Source of the DNA: a virus
Lineage: Duplodnaviria > Caudoviricetes
Length of the DNA stretch: 39,538 nucleotides
IMG/VR virus record: IMGVR_UViG_3300026187_000002
Span: 1-39,538 of that record
Strand: one strand, 5' to 3'
The position numbers and the translations under genes were made by a program. The notes under the pieces are model-generated. The model did not search any database. It was not told the DNA's origin and was given only the letters and a program-made list of their open reading frames with translations. The stretch's first letter is position 1, and each line of letters begins with the position of its first letter. This document shows positions 26,552 through 32,942 of the stretch, piece by piece.

Positions 26552-26874
26552 TGGAATTAGATTTCTTATTAAATATTTTAGATAATTGGGCGTTATGGAT
26601 GCGCTCAGATAATCATCGCTTAGGATATCCTAGGAAATCTATTCTTCTTTCTAGTGGTGGTGAGAGTGTCGAGGGGGTGTTGGATGATATGATGCAAGAG
26701 ATGGATTTAAAACACGTTGAAATCATTGACGCCCTTATTGAAGACCTACCAAAAGACCTCAAAATGGCTTTATATGCTAGATATTTGAGATCTAAAAAGC
26801 CGATGTATTACGAAATCAAATTAAATGATGCTATTGAGCGATTGCTGCAATTGGCTGAATCACGCATAAATTAA
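26551..26874 (+). CDS. Q-like late antiterminator/activator
   Basis: LDNWALWMR...LGYP N-terminus; sigma-region-4-like C-terminus (IDALIEDLP...ALYARY); last gene of the rightward early operon. Confidence 0.55.
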   Translation: MELDFLLNILDNWALWMRSDNHRLGYPRKSILLSSGGESVEGVLDDMMQEMDLKHVEIIDALIEDLPKDLKMALYARYLRSKKPMYYEIKLNDAIERLLQLAESRIN

Positions 26875-26878
26875 GGGA

Positions 26879-26906
26879 TTGACGGATTCCGATTCTATGA
26901 GATAAT
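26879..26906 (+). promoter_or_regulatory. Putative late promoter (pR'-like)
   Basis: TTGACG-N16-GATAAT with TG extension, 5 bp after the Q-like stop. Confidence 0.5.
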
Positions 26907-26929
26907 TGGGGGGTGGGAAAGTTACGCCC

Positions 26930-26963
26930 AAAAAAAACCCCTCTTCCGAGGGGTTCATTTTTT
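26930..26963. terminator. Bidirectional intrinsic terminator
   Basis: A8 run, AACCCCTC-TTCC-GAGGGGTT stem-loop, then CATTTTTT, at the convergence of two operons. Confidence 0.85.
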
Positions 26964-27117
26964 AGTTGATCTTGAAACACAAATAAAGCATATAACTCAA
27001 TGAGAAGGTCATAAAGACCATAAAGGCATATAAACATATTAACCCTAGCTTCTCATATAGCTTCCTATACCATGGTTTTTTATAAAAGATTGGTTGATAA
27101 ATTTTTTCATAATCCAT
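26962..27117 (-). CDS. Small membrane protein (51 aa)
   Basis: ATG 27117 after GAAAGGA; C-terminal TM LGLICLYAFMVFMTFSLSYMLYLCF. Confidence 0.6.
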   Translation of the reverse strand: MDYEKIYQPIFYKKPWYRKLYEKLGLICLYAFMVFMTFSLSYMLYLCFKIN

Positions 27118-27128
27118 TTTGAATCCTT

Positions 27129-27224
27129 TCATGATTGGATAAAATAATTTAAAAAGTTTAAGAAGATAAACACCAAAAATAAGGTAAAAAGACCTTTTAA
27201 TATTTCTTTTAATAGGTTTTTCAT
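27129..27224 (-). CDS. Hydrophobic micropeptide (31 aa; not in ORF track)
   Basis: MKNLLKEILKGLFTLFLVFIFLNFLNYFIQS; ATGA overlap with the upstream gene. Confidence 0.5.
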   Translation of the reverse strand: MKNLLKEILKGLFTLFLVFIFLNFLNYFIQS

Positions 27225-27469
27225 GTGTTCCAATACCTTTGAGATTTTGCGATGTTTTCTTGTAAATCATATAAATATTTATGATCTTTATCAGAATCAA
27301 ATTTTAAAGCCCTTTTTAGATCATAGAAAAATGAGAGTAATTTTCCAACGTCTGATAAATAAAGGTCTTGCATTTCTTGAAGGTTATCTAATGCCGAATC
27401 AAAATCTTTAAATCCTTGTAATAATTTAATGCGTTGTTGTTCGGTTAAAGTTATGGATTTATCTTTCAT
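27221..27469 (-). CDS. Hypothetical early protein
   Basis: 82 aa; ATGA overlap; GAAAGGA upstream. Confidence 0.65.
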   Translation of the reverse strand: MKDKSITLTEQQRIKLLQGFKDFDSALDNLQEMQDLYLSDVGKLLSFFYDLKRALKFDSDKDHKYLYDLQENIAKSQRYWNT

Positions 27470-27756
27470 TTGTAAATGTTCCTTTCTAGGGTGTTGTTAT
27501 TAAATGGAATAGTAGTTCCGTTATAGTCTACGAACCAATTAAAGTCTTTTTGAAAGACCTTATAACCTAAACGGTATTGATTCGAGGCTTGGTTCATTCG
27601 TGTTTTTGTGGTGTTCGTATACCAATCACCACTATTTAGAATAATTTCAAAGTCGTTAAATTTTACAACGTCCGTTTCATGATATTTAACGCAAATGTAA
27701 TTGCCATCACTATAAACGGTTGTTTTATGTGTTCCTAATTTAGATTGAGAAGCCAT
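27466..27756 (-). CDS. Hypothetical early protein (W-x-T-x-TTKxR family)
   Basis: ATG 27756 after GAAAGGA; SGDWYTNTTKTRMNQ...VFQKDFNWFV. Confidence 0.7.
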   Translation of the reverse strand: MASQSKLGTHKTTVYSDGNYICVKYHETDVVKFNDFEIILNSGDWYTNTTKTRMNQASNQYRLGYKVFQKDFNWFVDYNGTTIPFNNNTLERNIYK

Positions 27757-27919
27757 TTTTAATTCCTTTCTCTTTAAGATCATATTCATATAAAGCCATA
27801 CGAATATGGTTTTCAAGAATCTCAAAAGACTCTTGAGGGGTTAAAATTCCGTTCTCAATGTCCTTTTGATGGACTTGGACGGTCTTACAAAACTCATGGT
27901 GGTTAAATGTTATGTTCAT
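27740..27919 (-). CDS. Hypothetical early protein (59 aa; not in ORF track)
   Basis: MNITFNHHEFCKTVQVHQKDIENG...; ATGA overlap; fills the gap. Confidence 0.55.
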   Translation of the reverse strand: MNITFNHHEFCKTVQVHQKDIENGILTPQESFEILENHIRMALYEYDLKEKGIKNGFSI

Positions 27920-28167
27920 TTTATGTCCTCACGGTTAAATTGAAATTGATGTTCGCTCTCTTCTACTTCCCATAGATCATCAAAATCATTGTCTAAATGG
28001 ACTAATTGAAAATTATCGCTTTCTGCTGCTTTTGCTACGATAGGATCAAGAAGCCCTTGATTCCAAAGGTCTCTGACATCATCAAGTGATGAACCTTTAA
28101 CCCTAATTACTACGTCCATCTCGTAATGGCGTCTAACTGTTACATCATAAAATTTAGGCATTGTCAT
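27916..28167 (-). CDS. Small acidic early protein (DpnD/PcfM-like pattern)
   Basis: FYDVTVRRHYEMDVVIRVKGSSLDDV beta-beta-alpha pattern; acidic tail. Confidence 0.6.
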   Translation of the reverse strand: MTMPKFYDVTVRRHYEMDVVIRVKGSSLDDVRDLWNQGLLDPIVAKAAESDNFQLVHLDNDFDDLWEVEESEHQFQFNREDIK

Positions 28168-28351
28168 TCCTTTCTATAGGTGTGTATTGAGTTAATATAA
28201 ATTTTGCCATCGTATCAGTTAAAAAATAGTATTGCTTCCAAGCGTCATAGGTTAGGAAATCGTTGACGTAAGAAAGATATAATTCTTCTACTGATAAAGA
28301 ATGGTTAAAACCTTTTGGATAATAAATATCTTTGGGTAACTTTTGTTTCAT
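28154..28351 (-). CDS. Hypothetical early protein
   Basis: LYLSYVNDFLT motif; GGAG RBS. Confidence 0.65.
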   Translation of the reverse strand: MKQKLPKDIYYPKGFNHSLSVEELYLSYVNDFLTYDAWKQYYFLTDTMAKFILTQYTPIERNDNA

Positions 28352-28542
28352 GTGTTTTCCTCCATGTTTCTTTCTGCCTCTTGAATTTTACGATGAATTT
28401 TGAAGAGTAAATATTTAAGGTTGTAAATATATTCTGCATGAGATTCTACCCCTCCCAATTCTGAGAGGTTCTGTATCTCATCCATAATATTGTCAATAAT
28501 TGTTGGGTGTAATTTCATTGTTAATATTGGATATGGTTTCAT
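28348..28542 (-). CDS. Hypothetical early protein
   Basis: 64 aa; GGAGG RBS; ATGA coupling. Confidence 0.6.
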   Translation of the reverse strand: MKPYPILTMKLHPTIIDNIMDEIQNLSELGGVESHAEYIYNLKYLLFKIHRKIQEAERNMEENT

Positions 28543-28790
28543 TGTTGATCCTCCATGATTTGGTTCATTGTGTAGTTATAAACGCTTCCGATTTTGATTC
28601 TATGAAATGATGCGTTTTCTTTTAAATAACTACGAGTTATTTTTGTTCCTCGGTTATGATGCGCTTGAGGGGGTAATTGTTGAATCTTTTCATATAATGA
28701 ATTAATAGCGTCCGATTTATGGCTATCAATTGCCATTAATTGGTAACTATCATATGGATCAATAGAGTTAGAATAAATTGCTAACCACAT
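28539..28790 (-). CDS. Hypothetical early protein
   Basis: 83 aa; GAGG RBS. Confidence 0.6.
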   Translation of the reverse strand: MWLAIYSNSIDPYDSYQLMAIDSHKSDAINSLYEKIQQLPPQAHHNRGTKITRSYLKENASFHRIKIGSVYNYTMNQIMEDQQ

Positions 28791-28792
28791 TT

Positions 28793-28990
28793 TTAAACCT
28801 CACTTTCTATTTGATCAATATGCCATTCATCTAATAATAATGCTTTATTGGATTTTATGGCTTTATAAATTTTTGCGTCATAGTCACCTTGTAAAATGCC
28901 TTCGTGGAAATCATCAATATTATCGGCATTTGCTTTAATTTCTATGCGCTTTGAAAAATATACATTAATTGAAGCGATAAAATTATTCAT
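28793..28990 (-). CDS. Small acidic early protein (DpnD/PcfM-like pattern)
   Basis: FIASINVYFSKRIEIKANADNIDDF; AGGAG RBS. Confidence 0.6.
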   Translation of the reverse strand: MNNFIASINVYFSKRIEIKANADNIDDFHEGILQGDYDAKIYKAIKSNKALLLDEWHIDQIESEV

Positions 28991-29292
28991 TAAATTAACT
29001 CCTTATTAAATACGTTATCAATAAGTAAATTAGGAATAACCCAATTTACAAATAGGATATTTTTAAGTTCTTGAAGTGATTTAGATTCGTAAGATTGGTT
29101 TTCAATCTCTAACAGATAATTATCACCATCACCATTTATGATGTAACAACTGAGATTACAATAGAATAATCCTCCATTAGATCTGTAATCGTCATGAACA
29201 TCTGTGAACCATGGTGGTAAATCATCACCTTTTAAGAATGTTTCTGAATCATTAAATTCTTGATAGGCTTGAGCGATTGTTTTAATTTTCAT
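28990..29292 (-). CDS. Hypothetical acidic early protein
   Basis: ATG 29292 after GGGAGG. Confidence 0.6.
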   Translation of the reverse strand: MKIKTIAQAYQEFNDSETFLKGDDLPPWFTDVHDDYRSNGGLFYCNLSCYIINGDGDNYLLEIENQSYESKSLQELKNILFVNWVIPNLLIDNVFNKELI

Positions 29293-29576
29293 GATGCGTC
29301 CTCCCATCTTTTGATTTCATCTGCATAATCTGAGGCTATTTCTTCAAAATTGATATCATCTATAAAGTAATTAATTGCACCTTTAACAATGTCTTTATGA
29401 TCATCTTCAAAATAGCAATACTCAGTAAAGAGTTCCTTGAGACGTTCTGCAAATTCAGAAGTATAAGAACAATTATTAAAATCCTTCGCTAAGTCTTTAA
29501 TGCACAATTCAGAGAAGAATTCGAGGTTGGCTTTCCAAGTAGCATAGTTAGTCCAACCGTTATATTTGTCTGACAT
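29289..29576 (-). CDS. Acidic early protein with YNGWTNYATW motif
   Basis: ATG 29576 after GAAAGGA; first gene of the leftward cluster; ends INFEEIASDY. Confidence 0.7.
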   Translation of the reverse strand: MSDKYNGWTNYATWKANLEFFSELCIKDLAKDFNNCSYTSEFAERLKELFTEYCYFEDDHKDIVKGAINYFIDDINFEEIASDYADEIKRWEDAS

Positions 29577-29962
29577 GATAAATCCTTTCATAGTTAAGTA
29601 GTAGACAATTAAACACTATATTAAATAGAACTAAATGTAAACAACTTATTTACGATTAAGGCTAAAAAAGATTATTTCGTAGTTATAAAGGGAATTAATA
29701 ATAAATCTTGGTCAAAATATATTCAGTTGAACAAATAATTACTAATTGCTGCAAAAGTTCATTAAAGGCATTTTAAAGCCCATAGAGCGATTAAATGTTC
29801 CAGGGTAGGGTAAGGTATACCTTGGCAGGTAAAGTCCTCACCAGGGGCGATTGTGTGCGTTTTAGAATGATTGTTGATATTAATAAGCATAGGTCTTGCA
29901 GGGGCAAACAATAAAATACATATGTAAATCAATGGTTTACGTTTAAATTAAGAGGTTATTAA

Positions 29963-30361
29963 ATGAGTGATGAACAATTAAATGCTCCAATTGAGGGCAA
30001 AAAGGATGAAAATGCACCAAAACGAGGCAGGCCCTCACACCTTCCAAATGACGATACCCGAAAAACTGTATATGAGTTATCGTCAGTAGGAACAACGTAT
30101 GAAGATATCGCCACAGTATTAGGCATATCGCATGACACGCTAAGAAAGCATTACAAACCTGAGTTAGATAAAGGTCGTATTGACGCTAATGCGATTATTG
30201 CTGGGACATTATTTAAACAAGCCCAGGATGGCAATACTTCTGCTGCTATTTTTTGGCTCAAGACACGAGCTAGATGGAAAGAAACAACTCAACATGAGGT
30301 TTCAGGTAACCCGGATGGTTCACCTGTTGAAGTAAAAATCATTACGGGAATAGATGACTAA
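29963..30361 (+). CDS. terS: Terminase small subunit
   Basis: GRP motif, HTH (YEDIATVLGISHDTLRKHY), AAIFWLKTRARW, C-terminal EVSG.DG.PV; upstream of terL. Confidence 0.8.
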   Translation: MSDEQLNAPIEGKKDENAPKRGRPSHLPNDDTRKTVYELSSVGTTYEDIATVLGISHDTLRKHYKPELDKGRIDANAIIAGTLFKQAQDGNTSAAIFWLKTRARWKETTQHEVSGNPDGSPVEVKIITGIDD

Positions 30362-30380
30362 CCCCCACCCCCTTATTTAT

Positions 30381-30408
30381 ATACAAACGTATTACAACCG
30401 TATTACAA
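30381..30408 (+). repeat. Iteron-like 11-bp repeats matching the origin
   Basis: ATACAAACGTA-TTACAACCGTA-TTACAA; the first unit is identical to the origin unit. Confidence 0.65.
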
Positions 30409-30445
30409 AACTAGGGTAGTGGTAATTTTATACTAGGAGTAAATT

Positions 30446-30568
30446 ATGCCAAATGTAGGCGGTAAGAAGTTTGCTTATACAAAAGCAGGTAAGAAGAAAG
30501 CTGCAGAATATAAAAAGAAACAAGACAAGAAAAAGAGTCGCAAGGGATACAAGAAGAAAGGTAAATAA
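30446..30568 (+). CDS. Lys-rich microprotein (40 aa; not in ORF track)
   Basis: AGGAG RBS; MPNVGGKKFAYTKAGKKKAAEYKKKQDKKKSRKGYKKKGK. Confidence 0.75.
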   Translation: MPNVGGKKFAYTKAGKKKAAEYKKKQDKKKSRKGYKKKGK

Positions 30569-30570
30569 TT

Positions 30571-30942
30571 ATGTCTAATTTAGGAAACTTATCTCCACAA
30601 GAGTTAGAAATGCTAAAACTCAGAATGATAGGTAATGATATGGATCAAGGTATTTATAACGATCCTGAGTATCAGAAAAACCTCATTCAACAAAAAAACG
30701 ACATGATTAGGATGAAAATGAGAACGCCTAATTCTGTTGTAGATCCCAATACTGGTGAATATTTGGGTGAATATGAGTTTATGAGCTTATTATCTCCTGG
30801 TGGCGCAACACCTTTTGGACAAATAAACCAAAATGAAATGAATCTTATTAACCAAAATGGTGCTACACCTTTTCCACAGTTAAGCACAAGTGAGTTAAAT
30901 CTTAGTAGATTGTTAAATCAAATTAAAATGTTAGGCGGTTAA
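30571..30942 (+). CDS. Hypothetical protein with internal GATPFxQ repeats
   Basis: 123 aa; 19-aa tandem repeat. Confidence 0.7.
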   Translation: MSNLGNLSPQELEMLKLRMIGNDMDQGIYNDPEYQKNLIQQKNDMIRMKMRTPNSVVDPNTGEYLGEYEFMSLLSPGGATPFGQINQNEMNLINQNGATPFPQLSTSELNLSRLLNQIKMLGG

Positions 30943-30944
30943 TT

Positions 30945-31121
30945 ATGGCAAAGAGAGGCTTGTATGAAAACATCCATAGAAAAAGGAAACGTATTAAGGC
31001 TGGATCTGGAGAATCAATGCGCAAACCTGGAACTAAAGGCGCACCAACATCAAAAGCCTTCAAGCAAGCCGCTAAAACAGCCAAAAAGAAAACTAAGCGA
31101 ACTTCTAAAAAACGTAAGTGA
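30945..31121 (+). CDS. Lys/Arg-rich microprotein (58 aa; not in ORF track)
   Basis: MAKRGLYENIHRKRKRIKAGSGESMRKPGTKGAPTSKAFKQAAKTAKKKTKRTSKKRK. Confidence 0.75.
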   Translation: MAKRGLYENIHRKRKRIKAGSGESMRKPGTKGAPTSKAFKQAAKTAKKKTKRTSKKRK

Positions 31122-31130
31122 TTGTGTCTA

Positions 31131-31265
31131 ATGTGGTCATATCATTTTTATTGGGGTTTTAATCTAGGATTCGAGATCTACGAAGGTGAGGTTGAAGGTA
31201 ACCTTGTAGATTACTTCCTAATTAACCTTGGTCCTTTAAGAATACAGAAAGCAGAGTGGGCGTAA
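31131..31265 (+). CDS. Small aromatic-rich protein (44 aa; not in ORF track)
   Basis: MWSYHFYWGFNLGFEIYEGEVEGNLVDYFLINLGPLRIQKAEWA; TAATG coupling to the next gene. Confidence 0.55.
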   Translation: MWSYHFYWGFNLGFEIYEGEVEGNLVDYFLINLGPLRIQKAEWA

Positions 31266-31519
31266 TGGCAGTGAAAAAGAAAAAAGTAAATCTCTCTGTA
31301 GGTAGAGGTGAAAAACGCTCAGTCAAACAAGGTGCTGGTCTCACGGCTAAAGGAAGAGCGAAGTATAATAAAGCAACTGGTAGTAAATTAAAAGCTCCTG
31401 TGACAGGTAAAGTTAAACCTGGAAGCAAGGCCGCTAAAAGACGTAAGTCATTTTGTGCGAGAAGTAAGGGGTGGACAGGTGAGAGAGGTAAAGCTGCTCG
31501 TAGAAGATGGAAATGCTAG
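31265..31519 (+). CDS. Basic protein (GLTAKGRAKYN...RRKSFCAR...RRWKC family)
   Basis: ATG 31265; highly basic, with a motif recurrent in aquatic phages. Confidence 0.75.
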   Translation: MAVKKKKVNLSVGRGEKRSVKQGAGLTAKGRAKYNKATGSKLKAPVTGKVKPGSKAAKRRKSFCARSKGWTGERGKAARRRWKC

Positions 31520-31665
31520 ACGATAGCCCTTGTAATGGGGTATGTCGAATGAAAGATAATCACTGTATATCATGTGGTAGAGACTATGAAGACTTAGCAC
31601 AATGGTTATACATGAGTAGAGAAGCAAGACTAGATAGAATGGAACAACTTAAAAAGGAGCGATGA
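31513..31665 (+). CDS. DUF1289-like Cys-rich small protein (50 aa; not in ORF track)
   Basis: SPCNGVCRMKDNHCISCGRDYEDLAQWLYMSREAR matches the SPCxxxC...CxxCxR...W..MS pattern. Confidence 0.7.
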   Translation: MLDDSPCNGVCRMKDNHCISCGRDYEDLAQWLYMSREARLDRMEQLKKER

Positions 31666-32942
31666 CCCTTATGGAGTCGCAAAACAAAATGGACACCGGG
31701 TATAGACCCCGTCCACCACAAAAACAAATACACAGTTTAGTAAAGAATAATCGATTCTCAGTAGTGGTTGCTCATCGTAGGATGGGTAAAACTGTATGTG
31801 CTATTAACCAACTGATTCATTCAGCGTTAAAATGCAAGAAACCTAATCCTAGGTTTGCATACATAGCACCAACTTACAATCAGGCGAAAAGGGTTGCTTG
31901 GGATTATCTTCTTGAGTATACAAGACCGCTTGGTGGAAAGGCGAACATTGCAGAATTACGAGTGGACTTTATGGGTCGTAGGATTTCTTTGTATGGAGCT
32001 GATAACCCAGACTCTCTTCGAGGTATCTATCTTGACGGTGTTGTCATTGACGAGATAGGTGACGTAAACCCATCTTTATTTACTGAAATTTTAAGACCTG
32101 CCTTGGCTGACCGTGAAGGTTATTGTATGGCTATGGGAACTCCAAAAGGTCAAAACCATTTTAAAGACTTGCGTGATCGTGGTGAGCGTAACGATGGTTG
32201 GGCATTATTAGAGTTTAGAGCATCAGAAACTGATCTTCTACCTAAATCAGAGTTAAAAGCAGCGCATGAAGAAATGGGTGAAGACAAATATATGCAAGAG
32301 TTTGAATGTTCTTTTCAAGCTCCTGTAGAGGGTTCTTACTACTCTAAAATGATGCACGACTTAGAAGAAAAGAGTCGTTTTGTAAACATCGAGCGTGATG
32401 ATTTAGCAAGAACATATACTGCTTGGGACTTAGGTATGTCGGATTCTACGGCTATTTGGGTTGCTCAGTTAGTAAACAAAGAAATACGTTTAGTAGATTA
32501 TGTTGAAAACCATGGCGTAGGTTTAGATTATTACGTTTCTTGGCTACAACAGAATGATTGGATGTATGCAACACATATCCTTCCTCACGATGTTGCAGTT
32601 CGTGAGTTAGGCACAGGAAAGTCTAGGCAAGAGATGTTAGAAGATGCAGGCCTCTCTGTTACCATTGCTCCAAAAATTAACGTAGCTGATGGTATACAAG
32701 CTGTTAGACGAATTTTACCACGTTGTTGGTTTGATCCTGAAAAAACAAAACTTGGCATGGATGCACTTCGTAACTATAGACGAGTGTTTGATGAAAAACG
32801 TAATGTCTTTCATGACCGACCTTTACATGATTGGTGTTCTCATGCGTCTGATGCCTTTAGGTATTTAGCAGTAGGTTTAGACGAAGCACCAGCTGAGCAA
32901 TGGCATCGAACCATTGAAGTTAATAACAATTGGATTGTATAA
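31662..32942 (+). CDS. terL: Terminase large subunit
   Basis: Walker A HRRMGKT, YIAPT, LRG..LDGVVIDE, GTPKG, QEFECSF, nuclease WDLG and HASDAFRY. Confidence 0.95.
   Translation: MTLMESQNKMDTGYRPRPPQKQIHSLVKNNRFSVVVAHRRMGKTVCAINQLIHSALKCKKPNPRFAYIAPTYNQAKRVAWDYLLEYTRPLGGKANIAELRVDFMGRRISLYGADNPDSLRGIYLDGVVIDEIGDVNPSLFTEILRPALADREGYCMAMGTPKGQNHFKDLRDRGERNDGWALLEFRASETDLLPKSELKAAHEEMGEDKYMQEFECSFQAPVEGSYYSKMMHDLEEKSRFVNIERDDLARTYTAWDLGMSDSTAIWVAQLVNKEIRLVDYVENHGVGLDYYVSWLQQNDWMYATHILPHDVAVRELGTGKSRQEMLEDAGLSVTIAPKINVADGIQAVRRILPRCWFDPEKTKLGMDALRNYRRVFDEKRNVFHDRPLHDWCSHASDAFRYLAVGLDEAPAEQWHRTIEVNNNWIV

Noticed and set aside
27781-27840. Adjacent alternative hairpins as a possible ncRNA or riboswitch
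   Set aside because: They lie inside an open, coupled 59-aa ORF (27740-27919) and are AT-rich; a processing site remains possible but unsupported.
29592-29962. tRNA or attP in the largest intergenic gap; consensus promoter for the leftward cluster
   Set aside because: No cloverleaf or T-loop motif and no integrase; the best minus-strand TTTACA/TATAGT pair has only a 15-bp spacer, so no promoter was called.
31222-31428. Antisense ORF opposite the basic protein gene
   Set aside because: Shadow of the Lys-rich plus-strand gene within a uniformly plus-strand operon.
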